From the sequence record SRR20825019_1396: a stretch of 34,255 nt of DNA. One strand, 5' to 3'. Below the pieces are notes generated by a model, which saw only the letters and a program-made list of their open reading frames with translations, was not told the origin of the DNA and searched no databases. A program made the translations under genes and the position numbers. Of this stretch, positions 1 through 8,726 are shown in pieces. Positions within the stretch are counted from its first letter, which is position 1. Each line of letters opens with the position of its first letter.

Positions 1-3000
1 TTGCGTTCCTGATAATGTTCCTGCGACTGGTGGAGCCGTAATCGTAACCGTTTGGTTCGAGGTACTTGCTCCCGCATTTACACTCAAAGAAACATTCTTA
101 GTTCCAGCACTCGAATAAGTAACCACATGCGGTCCTGCTCCCGTTGCTGTTGCTGGAGTAGCTCCAACACCAAAGTTCCAGTTCCAAGAAGTCGCTCCTA
201 CTGAGGTATTAGTAAAAGTTACGCTTTGACCTGTACAAGCAGGATTTGGTGCAGCGGTGAAGTTAGCTGTTGCTGTGCTAGTAACACCTGTTAAGTTAAT
301 ATTGTCAACATAGAGGTTATTCCCCCAATCAGATGTATTTCGGAAAATGATGTCCACTTTTCCACTACCCACAAATGCTGATAGATCGACTGTTTCATTT
401 CTCCATGTACCTGGAACATACGCTGTAGTTACGTTTGCATTTGTAGCAAGTGTTGCTCCTGCTTTAGAAAAAACAGTTACGTACGAGACTCCGCAATCGT
501 TAGAAACCAATACCTCAAGTTGATCATCTGTGGTGTTATCATATCTCGCGTATGCAACATCAAAAGTCAACTGAGCAGAAGACAATCCAGAAAAGCTAAC
601 AGGAAGCATAATTAAATCATCAATATTGCCGACACTACTCGCTCCCGAAAAATTATCAAAAATCGCCGAATTTCCTGCTGTAGGAGCTGTCCCAACAGTT
701 GCTGATCTTGCCCAAACATTTGGATTTCCTGTAACGGTAGTTTGAGCCGTACTCCAACCCGCAGGTGGGAAAGTAGCACCTGTAAATCCTTCAGAAATAG
801 GTAACGTAGCTCCAGTTCCTCCAATTACCGTAATGTAACCCGTTTCGGTGTGTACATCAGTTGTGAATCCATCTGAGATTGAAAGTGAAGCGTTGAATGA
901 TCCTGCTGTACTATATGTTACTGTATGTGGTCCAATTCCGGTTGCCGTAGCTGGTGTACCACCTGGGAAAGACCATGACCAACTCGTAGCTCCCGAAGAA
1001 GCATCCGTATACGTGACTGTTGATCCTTGACAAATAGTTGTTGGCGCTCCTGTAAAGAAAGCTGCCAATGGTGTGGTACTTGTTGGTCCGTTTAGTTGGA
1101 AATTAAATGTTCCTTCATCACAATCATTTGTTCCGAAAGAAACATTTCCTCCAATTGAGGTTCCTGCAACTGTTGCCGTCCAACTAATTACAAAAGTAGT
1201 AGATGCTCCAGGAGCCAAATTTGTAGAACCAAAAGTTGAGCTTAATGAGAAACCTGTACCAGTTACGTTGATTGGACCTGTTAGAATTAAGTTTGAAGAA
1301 CCGCTATTCGTTATAGTGAATGTTTGAGTACTCGTTGCTCCTGCAGCAATTGGAGCGAAACTAAACAAGCCTTCGTCAAAAACTTCATTAGCGCCTGCCA
1401 TTACTCCGATTTCAGCTGGAGTAGTGGCTAAAAACTGTACATCATCGATGTAAATATTACCTCCACTTGTTCCAGTGTTGGTTCCTCTAAATCTGAACTG
1501 AACATTTTTGGACGTTCCTGTTACATACGAAAGTAAGCTCAAATTAACATTTGCCCAATCAGTTGATGCACTCGGAATCCAGTATGAATTGGATGTTGCC
1601 GTAACTGTTTGAAGTCCTGTCCCATTTTGGTCATAAAGCGCCACAGCGTTCCATGTTGCTCCACAATCCTCTGAGATTTCCACTCTTAATCGATCATTTA
1701 CACCAGCCGCTCTTCTGCGATACGCTCGATTGAATCTTAATGAGGCTGCAGTTGAATTACATGGAAGTACAAAAATTGGAGTGTACAAATAATCGTCTAA
1801 TCCTGAAGTATTTCCAAAATTCGGCATCATAGCAGCGTTATTTGTCGCAATACCTGTACTTGAAACACAAGATTGACCTATCCATTCGAAACAGTCGTTC
1901 GTTGGGTTATCAACCGACCATCTAATTTCTGGAACGAATGTAGTTGCTTCGAAATCCTGTGTATAATTTGGTTGATATCCGTTTGATATTGCGAACTGTA
2001 ATGTTGTCGTGTCTAAAGCTGGATTAGGATCAACAACACCATTTGGTAGCGTTGTATATGCCTTAATTGTTCTTATTCCAAGAGGAGCTGTGAACGCTGT
2101 TACAGGAACATCCAACTCAGCACCTGGAAGAATAGTCCCCGTCCAGTTCATTGACGTGAGCGTTCCATTATCAATCGTGTAATTGATTGTTGCAGACGTT
2201 AAATTACTTGATCCTCTGTTCCGAATTGTAACTGTTGGAATAATCGCTCCGGGACAATTATCTCCCTTAGGATTAATAATGTTTACAATGGACGCATCAC
2301 TCACCGCTGGAGGAATACAAGCATTCGAAGTAATTAACGACGCACGAATTGGACTATTTTCGAGTACCAATCGCATTCTCGTTTTTTGATCCTTTGTAAA
2401 AATATTCATACACAGATCATCGGTATAATCCATGTAATTCTGCACCATATCATTTGCATCTGGTGCTGGATCTGCACAGCTATTCGTTGTTGGACAGCCA
2501 AAATTCGCAGCATCTGAAAGCGGGGTATCGGCACAATAATCATCTACACCACAGCCACCGTCGCCCCAAATATGGCGCAATCCTAACCAGTGTCCTATTT
2601 CATGTGTCGCAGTTCTACCTTCTGCATAAGGTCCACCTTGGCCAGTTACGGAACTTTTCCCAATACTGGAATAAAGCATTACAACGCCATCTGTATTCAC
2701 ATTTTGTGGCGTACAACTCATTCCTCCGAGCGAAGTTGTTGGGAACTGAGCATAACCCAAAAGTCCACCACTTAGGTTGATAGACCAAAAATTCATATAA
2801 ATAGCTGCGTCGTAGCCTTGAGTTGCTATGGTATAAGGTTTGATCGTAGCGTTCACGAATGCTTGATTGTATGGAGGTGCTCCCCAACCTTGTGCATTTC
2901 TATTGACTCTATTTATACCATCATCTCCAGCTGGAAATGCGGTGCCATTTGGTCTTCTTTTTGCTAAACAAAACTCGATTTGTGTATCGGCTCCATCAGG

Positions 3001-3390
3001 ATGTGTATTGTAACCATTTGTTCCAAAAATTCTACGAAAGTCTTCATTGAGGACATCGATTTGAGATTGAACTACCGCGGCGGAGAGGTTTGTTCCTGTC
3101 CCCACAGCTTCTCCATTGTGTATAATATGTACGATTACGGGAATCTGATAAACGCCATTGATTACCAATTTTGGTTTAGGCGTAGCTTCATCTTGCATGA
3201 TCAGCTTCTTCATCCATGCTTCAAACTCTTCATTTGTTTGAAGATTTGGGTCATTTGCATGTCGAATTGAGTCAAACTCAGAAGACCAACATCTGACTAC
3301 ACCAGGAACTTGAGAATAAGAAAAATTTGATAGAAAACTTAAAGTCACCACGACGCACGCGGTAACTACCGATAGGAAGTTTTGTTTCAT
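1..3390 (-). CDS. Secreted M43-family (pappalysin/ulilysin-like) zinc metallopeptidase with multiple Ig/PKD-like and jelly-roll modules; partial, 3' end lies beyond the left edge
   Basis: Not in the ORF track because it has no stop in the window. Read by hand from ATG at 3390: signal-peptide-like MKQNFLSVVTACVVVTLSFLSNFSYSQ, prodomain RC, IPVIVHIIHNG, zinc motif HEIGHWLGLRH (2572-2604), Met-turn QNYMDYTDD, then PKD-like modules GATSWSWSFPGGTPATATG and GATSWNWNFGVGATPATATG. Frame checked at 2604, 999 and 1-69. Confidence 0.9.
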   Translation of the reverse strand, partial: MKQNFLSVVTACVVVTLSFLSNFSYSQVPGVVRCWSSEFDSIRHANDPNLQTNEEFEAWMKKLIMQDEATPKPKLVINGVYQIPVIVHIIHNGEAVGTGTNLSAAVVQSQIDVLNEDFRRIFGTNGYNTHPDGADTQIEFCLAKRRPNGTAFPAGDDGINRVNRNAQGWGAPPYNQAFVNATIKPYTIATQGYDAAIYMNFWSINLSGGLLGYAQFPTTSLGGMSCTPQNVNTDGVVMLYSSIGKSSVTGQGGPYAEGRTATHEIGHWLGLRHIWGDGGCGVDDYCADTPLSDAANFGCPTTNSCADPAPDANDMVQNYMDYTDDLCMNIFTKDQKTRMRLVLENSPIRASLITSNACIPPAVSDASIVNIINPKGDNCPGAIIPTVTIRNRGSSNLTSATINYTIDNGTLTSMNWTGTILPGAELDVPVTAFTAPLGIRTIKAYTTLPNGVVDPNPALDTTTLQFAISNGYQPNYTQDFEATTFVPEIRWSVDNPTNDCFEWIGQSCVSSTGIATNNAAMMPNFGNTSGLDDYLYTPIFVLPCNSTAASLRFNRAYRRRAAGVNDRLRVEISEDCGATWNAVALYDQNGTGLQTVTATSNSYWIPSASTDWANVNLSLLSYVTGTSKNVQFRFRGTNTGTSGGNIYIDDVQFLATTPAEIGVMAGANEVFDEGLFSFAPIAAGATSTQTFTITNSGSSNLILTGPINVTGTGFSLSSTFGSTNLAPGASTTFVISWTATVAGTSIGGNVSFGTNDCDEGTFNFQLNGPTSTTPLAAFFTGAPTTICQGSTVTYTDASSGATSWSWSFPGGTPATATGIGPHTVTYSTAGSFNASLSISDGFTTDVHTETGYITVIGGTGATLPISEGFTGATFPPAGWSTAQTTVTGNPNVWARSATVGTAPTAGNSAIFDNFSGASSVGNIDDLIMLPVSFSGLSSAQLTFDVAYARYDNTTDDQLEVLVSNDCGVSYVTVFSKAGATLATNANVTTAYVPGTWRNETVDLSAFVGSGKVDIIFRNTSDWGNNLYVDNINLTGVTSTATANFTAAPNPACTGQSVTFTNTSVGATSWNWNFGVGATPATATGAGPHVVTYSSAGTKNVSLSVNAGASTSNQTVTITAPPVAGTLSGTQ

Positions 3391-3463
3391 AGGTTTTAGT
3401 AATAGTTTAGAATACCAAGTTATTAAACAGATTCTAAATCACACTAATAATCTGCGATTTAAA

Positions 3464-3498
3464 ACCAATTACTCGACAATCTATACCATTTACTCGAC
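3464..3498. promoter_or_regulatory. Imperfect 14-bp direct repeat with 21-bp period upstream of the M43 gene; candidate transcription-factor (LytTR-type) site
   Basis: ACCAATTACTCGAC (3464-3477) and ACCATTTACTCGAC (3485-3498) are 13/14 identical. A promoter-like TAACTTGG lies on the - strand at 3415-3422. Confidence 0.5.
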
Positions 3499-3522
3499 CA
3501 AACCACTCAAATACACAGTCAA

Positions 3523-4479
3523 CTACTTGGAGAAGAGCGAATCAACGAATTCAGTCTTATTGAACAATTGCAAGTCCTCCATTCGTTCTCCTACACCAAT
3601 ATATTTCACTGGGATTTTCATTTGATCCGAAATTCCAATGACCACTCCACCCTTGGCTGTGCCGTCTAGTTTTGTAATTGCAAGAGCCGTGATATCTGTA
3701 GTCGCAGCGAACTGTTTAGCCTGCTCATACGCATTTTGACCTGTAGAGCCATCCAATATAAGGAGGACCTCATGAGGAGCATCAGGAATGATCTTATTCA
3801 TCACTCGCTTAATTTTAGAGAGCTCATTCATCAGGTTCACTTTATTATGCAAACGACCCGCGGTGTCTATGATCACTACATCTGCGTTTTGAGCCTTTGC
3901 AGACTGCAATGCATCGAAAGCTACTGATGCAGGATCAGCATTCATACCTTGTTCAACAATAGGAACACCTACCCTTTGAGACCAAATGATTAATTGATCT
4001 ACGGCAGCTGCGCGGAATGTATCTGCCGCACCGAGTACAACCGATTTTCCTGCTTGTTTGAATTGATGTGCCAGTTTCCCGATCGTAGTTGTTTTACCCA
4101 CTCCGTTTACACCAACTACCATAATTACATACGGACCGCCTTCTACCTTTGGAATAGTGAACTCCGTTTCGCCAGACGTGTTATTTTCTTCGAGGAGTGC
4201 CGTAATTTCTTCTTTTAAAATCACGTCGAGTTCATCGACCCCCATGAATTTATCACGAGCGACACGCTCTTCAATTTTCTTAATAATCTTCAGCGTTGTT
4301 TCTACACCAACGTCAGAAGTAATAAGTATTTCCTCAAGGTTATCAAGAACTTCGGCATCCACCTTGGATTTTCCAACGACAGACCTAGCGAGCTTCCCAA
4401 AGAAGCTTTCTTTTGTTTGCTCGAGTCCTTTGTCAAGGCTCTCTTTTTTCTCCTTCGAAAAAAAGTTAAAAATTCCCAT
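3523..4479 (-). CDS. ftsY: Signal recognition particle receptor FtsY (short NG-only form)
   Basis: SRP-GTPase motifs GVNGVGKTTT, DTFRAAA, DTAGR and TKLDGTAKGG. Confidence 0.97.
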   Translation of the reverse strand: MGIFNFFSKEKKESLDKGLEQTKESFFGKLARSVVGKSKVDAEVLDNLEEILITSDVGVETTLKIIKKIEERVARDKFMGVDELDVILKEEITALLEENNTSGETEFTIPKVEGGPYVIMVVGVNGVGKTTTIGKLAHQFKQAGKSVVLGAADTFRAAAVDQLIIWSQRVGVPIVEQGMNADPASVAFDALQSAKAQNADVVIIDTAGRLHNKVNLMNELSKIKRVMNKIIPDAPHEVLLILDGSTGQNAYEQAKQFAATTDITALAITKLDGTAKGGVVIGISDQMKIPVKYIGVGERMEDLQLFNKTEFVDSLFSK

Positions 4480-4483
4480 AAGA

Positions 4484-4525
4484 ATAAAAATAAGAAAAGC
4501 TTCCGACCTTTTCAGGGGGAAGCTT
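4484..4525 (-). terminator. Intrinsic terminator-like hairpin after the rpmB-rpmG-DUF4295 unit, just before ftsY
   Basis: - strand AAGCTTCC-C-CCT-GAAA-AGG-TC-GGAAGCTT followed by TTCTTATTTTT. Confidence 0.6.
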
Positions 4526-4548
4526 CAAAATAGTATATAAAAGAAGAA

Positions 4549-4704
4549 TTAGTTTTTATCAAACCATTCTTTCACTTTATCGTTGTGAACGATTTCTTCT
4601 TTGAAAGAGTATGAACCTGATCCCTCAGCCTTCACCATCTTAATAACTTTTGTATGTTCTTTTCCTCCTCCTTTTTGCAAGGATGCTACAACCTTCTTTG
4701 CCAT
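4549..4704 (-). CDS. DUF4295-family small protein (51 aa), probable Bacteroidota ribosomal protein bL38
   Basis: Read by hand, below the ORF-track cutoff: MAKKVVASLQKGGGKEHTKVIKMVKAEGSGSYSFKEEIVHNDKVKEWFDKN. Sits in the conserved position between rpmG and ftsY. Confidence 0.88.
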   Translation of the reverse strand: MAKKVVASLQKGGGKEHTKVIKMVKAEGSGSYSFKEEIVHNDKVKEWFDKN

Positions 4705-4712
4705 GTCTTAGC

Positions 4713-4895
4713 TTATTTAATTTCTTTATGAACTGTATAGCGCTTCAAGATTGGATTAAATTTCTTAATCTCCATTCTGTCAGGCGTATTTTTTCTGTTC
4801 TTCGTAGTGATATAACGAGAAGTTCCAGGTCTTCCTGATTCTTTGTGCTCAGTGCACTCCAAAATCACCTGAATTCTATTTCCTTTCTTTGCCAT
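4713..4895 (-). CDS. rpmG: 50S ribosomal protein L33
   Basis: [17 protein letters not shown]...[22 protein letters not shown]; directly downstream of rpmB. Confidence 0.97.
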   Translation of the reverse strand: MAKKGNRIQVILECTEHKESGRPGTSRYITTKNRKNTPDRMEIKKFNPILKRYTVHKEIK

Positions 4896-4948
4896 TTTCT
4901 TTCTTTTGTTCTCTCAAAAAATACTTTGTAATTCCGACAGAAGCCCGA

Positions 4949-5185
4949 TTACTTTATAAATCCTTTTTCACGAGCTTCTTTCAAACAAGCGCTAATTCCT
5001 TTCTTGTTGATCGTTCTCAACGCCGACGTAGAAATTTTCAAAGTTATGTAATCATTCTCTTCTGGAATGAAAAATTTCTTAACAATTAAGTTCGGAAAGA
5101 ACTTTCTTTTCGTCTTACGTTGTGAGTGAGAAACATTATTCCCAACCATTACCGATTTTCCTGTGATTTGACAAACTCGTGACAT
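4949..5185 (-). CDS. rpmB: 50S ribosomal protein L28
   Basis: MSRVCQITGK...GNNVSHSQRKTKRKFFPNL. Confidence 0.97.
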   Translation of the reverse strand: MSRVCQITGKSVMVGNNVSHSQRKTKRKFFPNLIVKKFFIPEENDYITLKISTSALRTINKKGISACLKEAREKGFIK

Positions 5186-5219
5186 CTCTTATTATTTAAT
5201 CCTATTACTAAAAGGGGTG

Positions 5220-5250
5220 CAAAGAAACCAATTTTTTTAAAATTACGCAA
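5220..5250 (-). promoter_or_regulatory. Bacteroidota housekeeping-type promoter for rpmB
   Basis: - strand TTG-N20-TTTCTTTG(CACCC); one mismatch to the -7 consensus TAnnTTTG. Confidence 0.5.
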
Positions 5251-5266
5251 GGTTTCTTTTACTTTT

Positions 5267-6511
5267 TTACATTTTTATTTCCAATAATTCACATCGCAAC
5301 AAATTTAGCGCTGCGAGCACTGACATTCTTATATTTCTATCTCGCTGATCTCCAAACAAGAAGCGCTTAGCGATTAGGTTATTTGGTGTAGCTAGTCCAA
5401 TCCAAACAGTTCCTACAGGTTTTTCATCCGAGCCACCATCTGGACCTGCAACACCAGAAATCGAGAGACAATAATCGACTCCTAATAATCGGCGTCCATT
5501 TGTTGCCATTGACTTCACTACTTCTTCGCTAACGGCACCATGATTTTCGATGAAGCTCATCGGTACCCCAACAAAATTTGACTTCAATTCGTTCGAATAA
5601 CTGATAATTCCTCCCATAAAGTAGGCCGAAGCACCAGAAATTGAAACGATTTCACTTGATAACGTTCCTGCTGTGCAACTTTCCACACATCCTAAGGTCT
5701 TTCCAAGGGAATTAAGTAGATCACCTACCACAGAGCTCAGTTGATCGTCCTCTCGTCCAAAGACATGCTTTGGGAGACGCGCTTCGAACTCTTTGAGGTA
5801 TGCTTCGATTTTCTGCTCTTTTTCAATTGATTTCTCAGAGGTCAATCTTAAACGCACAATTCCCGGCGATGGCAAATACGCCAACCCAATTCCATCCAAA
5901 TGGATTCGATCTTCGATATCACTGATTTTTTCTGCAAGAAAAGACTCACCAATCCCCTGTAAATGGAGTGTTCGATGATAAATAGCCTTCATTTCGAAAC
6001 GTTCTTTGAGTTGCGGAAGAACTTTATCTGCCATTAGGTGCTTCATTTCATAAGGAACACCTGGCATACTCACCAAAATCTTTCCGTCTTTCTCAAACCA
6101 CATCCCAGATGCAGTTCCTTGATCATTCAGAAGCGTAGTTGAACCAATTGGCAATGCGGCTTGCTGTATATTGACTTCGAGCATTTCTCGACCTCTCACC
6201 TCGAAGAAATGAGTTATTCGCGCCAGCACCTCCTGATTGATTTCTAAACTGGTATTAAAGTACTTACATAATGTATGCTTGGTGATGTCATCCTTTGTAG
6301 GACCGAGTCCACCTGTCATTAACACAACATCCACTCTATTAAGCGCTCGATCTACTGCATCAAGAATTGCGTCCTCCGTATCTTGAACAACTGTGGCATA
6401 CTGAACTGTAGCTCCATTTGTTGCTAATAGTTGCCCCATCCATGAAGCATTCGTATTAATGGTTTGACCAATTAATAGTTCATCTCCGATCGCTATAACT
6501 TCAACTCTCAT
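5267..6511 (-). CDS. cinA: CinA-family protein (molybdopterin-binding-like N domain plus PncC/NMN deamidase C domain)
   Basis: IGDELLIGQTINTN, TGGLGPTKDDIT, MPGVPYEM, ESCTAG, GVAGPDGGS.KPVGTV. Confidence 0.92.
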   Translation of the reverse strand: MRVEVIAIGDELLIGQTINTNASWMGQLLATNGATVQYATVVQDTEDAILDAVDRALNRVDVVLMTGGLGPTKDDITKHTLCKYFNTSLEINQEVLARITHFFEVRGREMLEVNIQQAALPIGSTTLLNDQGTASGMWFEKDGKILVSMPGVPYEMKHLMADKVLPQLKERFEMKAIYHRTLHLQGIGESFLAEKISDIEDRIHLDGIGLAYLPSPGIVRLRLTSEKSIEKEQKIEAYLKEFEARLPKHVFGREDDQLSSVVGDLLNSLGKTLGCVESCTAGTLSSEIVSISGASAYFMGGIISYSNELKSNFVGVPMSFIENHGAVSEEVVKSMATNGRRLLGVDYCLSISGVAGPDGGSDEKPVGTVWIGLATPNNLIAKRFLFGDQRDRNIRMSVLAALNLLRCELLEIKM

Positions 6512-7947
6512 GATCGAATCAACTTATATTTCGCGATAGATTCAATATGCCCCGTATGAGGAAATTGATCTACCAACGTTAATTTTTCCAATGTGTAGCC
6601 TTGTTGCATCAATGTATCTGTGTCTCGCGCTTGCGTTGAAGGATTACATGAAATGTACACTATGTTCTCTGCGCCAAGATCAATCACTTTTTGCAGTGTT
6701 TTCGGTGCGATTCCAGCCCTTGGTGGATCAAGAATAACCGTTTTAATCTTTCCTATATAATCTGGGTATTCTCGTAAGAATTTCCCAACGTCTGCAGCAA
6801 AAAACTTGACGTTCTCTATGCCATTCATCGCAGCGTTTCGCTTCGCATCTTCAATTGCTTCTTCAACGATGTCTACTCCAATAATATCAATCCCTTGTTT
6901 TCGCGATGACAAAATTTGACCTATCGTTCCTGTGCCGCAAAAAAGATCCATCACCACTTCGTCGGCTTCTAATTCTTCTTCGAAGACATAATCTAATGCC
7001 TTAGTGTACAGTTTTTCTGCGCTTTTAGGATTCGTTTGAAAGAAACTTTCCATTGAAATCTCAAACTTAAGTCCAAGAAGCTCTTCAATTACGACGGGTT
7101 TACCGTACAGCAAATCACATGTCCCGTTTTCAATTTTAGCTCGATCGGCAACGTTATCATTCACCGTATGTTGAACTCCCGCCAAACGATCACCTAATTT
7201 CTCTACCAGAAAATCAACCAATTGTTTTTTGTCAAATTCCTCTAATCCAACGGAGGAAGTCACAAAATTCAGTAATAGTTGATCCTGAAAGAATGATTTT
7301 CGGACAACAATATGTCTGAAGAAGCCTGTTTTTTTAGGTGGATGCCACGCAGGTAAACCAGATGACTTTAGCAAACCTCTCAACTCAGCGAGAATTGTTT
7401 CCCATTGCTCATCGAACATTCCACTTGCCGCATTTAAGGATTCGACTTTCCACCACGTACCTCTGCGCTTAAAGCCGAGTGCGAATGCATTATCAATCTC
7501 TTCGCCCGTTTCTATGTCGTGTTCTATCGATGAGAAACTGTACTCCATCTTGTTTCGATAGAAAAAATGATTCGGTGACGAAATAAATTCATCAAAAACA
7601 AGCGATGGATCTTGAACGCCTCCAATTCTCCTAAAAACTTCCAAGGTTGATTCCTTCTTAACCTTCTCTTGTTCTTCAATGGGAACAAAAATATATGGCG
7701 CACCTGAAATTTCTTGAAAAGAGGACACTTTTTCCAACGATGATCGTTCGACTACATCGAGCAGTTTTGCTTCGGCGAAACGTTTTCTCTTTTTGACTAC
7801 CTGAGCCTTTGCCTTCTGTCCTGGAAATGTATTATCAACAAAGACAACATACTCTCCATGCTCAGTTGGAACCTTGGCAATGCCACGTCCACCGAAAGCG
7901 TAACCATCGATATCTACCGTGATTATCTCCCCTCTTTTTATTTCCAT
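6508..7947 (-). CDS. rlmD: 23S rRNA m5U methyltransferase, RlmD/TrmA family, with N-terminal TRAM domain
   Basis: YRNKMEYSF, SFFQTN, DLFCGTGTIG, LDPPRAG, catalytic YISCNPST, VDQFPHTGHIE. Confidence 0.9.
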   Translation of the reverse strand: MEIKRGEIITVDIDGYAFGGRGIAKVPTEHGEYVVFVDNTFPGQKAKAQVVKKRKRFAEAKLLDVVERSSLEKVSSFQEISGAPYIFVPIEEQEKVKKESTLEVFRRIGGVQDPSLVFDEFISSPNHFFYRNKMEYSFSSIEHDIETGEEIDNAFALGFKRRGTWWKVESLNAASGMFDEQWETILAELRGLLKSSGLPAWHPPKKTGFFRHIVVRKSFFQDQLLLNFVTSSVGLEEFDKKQLVDFLVEKLGDRLAGVQHTVNDNVADRAKIENGTCDLLYGKPVVIEELLGLKFEISMESFFQTNPKSAEKLYTKALDYVFEEELEADEVVMDLFCGTGTIGQILSSRKQGIDIIGVDIVEEAIEDAKRNAAMNGIENVKFFAADVGKFLREYPDYIGKIKTVILDPPRAGIAPKTLQKVIDLGAENIVYISCNPSTQARDTDTLMQQGYTLEKLTLVDQFPHTGHIESIAKYKLIRS

Positions 7948-7949
7948 TT

Positions 7950-8726
7950 TTAGATGATTCCTTTGATGATTCCTTTATCAGAAGCCGATACAAAGTCAAG
8001 AATAAGCTCCGTAAGTCGTGTTGAACCCATTGTTTCCTTAATTGCTTCAACTCCCTTAGAAACATTATTATTCTGTACGTAAAGTAATCGATAAATATCT
8101 TCGATTTCCTTGATGTCTTTATCATCGAAACCACGTCTTCTCAGTCCAACCGAATTAACTCCTGCAAAACCTAAAGGCTCACGCGCTGCTTTAATGAATG
8201 GTGGAACATCCTTTCTTACCAAGGACGCGCCAGCGATAAACGAATGAGCTCCAATATGTGCGAATTGCTGTGCTGCAACTTTCCCTTCCAAGATCGCAAA
8301 ATCATCAATTATTACGTGTCCACTTAGTCCAACATAGCTTGCCAAGATAACATTGTCTCCAATCTTACAATCGTGTGCTACATGAACGTAGGTCATCAAC
8401 AGGCAATTATTCCCAATAGTTGTTTTCCAACGGTCTTTTGTTCCTCTGTGAATAGTAACGCATTCACGAATAACTGTACCGTCGCCAATTTCCACGGTTG
8501 TTTCCTCGCCGTCAAATTTCAAATCTTGTGGACAAACACCGATTACCGCTCCAGGGAAAACTTCGCAGTTCTTTCCAATTGTTGTGCCTGGATAGATGGT
8601 TACATTTGGATGAATGTGTGTTCCTTCACCAATTACCACCTTCTCCATAATTGTTGAGAAGCTATCTATTCGGACATTTGCTCCAATTGAAGCGTCCTTT
8701 GAAATATTTGCTAGGTTGCTGATCAT
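7950..8726 (-). CDS. lpxA: UDP-N-acetylglucosamine O-acyltransferase
   Basis: Hexapeptide repeats, PQDLKF, IRECVTIHRGT, HVAHDC, GVNSVGLRRRGF. Confidence 0.96.
   Translation of the reverse strand: MISNLANISKDASIGANVRIDSFSTIMEKVVIGEGTHIHPNVTIYPGTTIGKNCEVFPGAVIGVCPQDLKFDGEETTVEIGDGTVIRECVTIHRGTKDRWKTTIGNNCLLMTYVHVAHDCKIGDNVILASYVGLSGHVIIDDFAILEGKVAAQQFAHIGAHSFIAGASLVRKDVPPFIKAAREPLGFAGVNSVGLRRRGFDDKDIKEIEDIYRLLYVQNNNVSKGVEAIKETMGSTRLTELILDFVSASDKGIIKGII

Noticed and set aside
612..3270. Many short track ORFs (for example 848-1030, 1073-1327, 2454-2780, 2980-3270)
   Set aside because: They are antisense or off-frame shadows of the large - strand M43 peptidase gene.
4484..4525. GAAA-tetraloop hairpin next to ftsY as a possible SRP (4.5S) RNA or mimic
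   Set aside because: Too short, lacks the CAGG...GGAA...AGCAG domain IV pattern, and is followed by a T-run, so a terminator explains it better.
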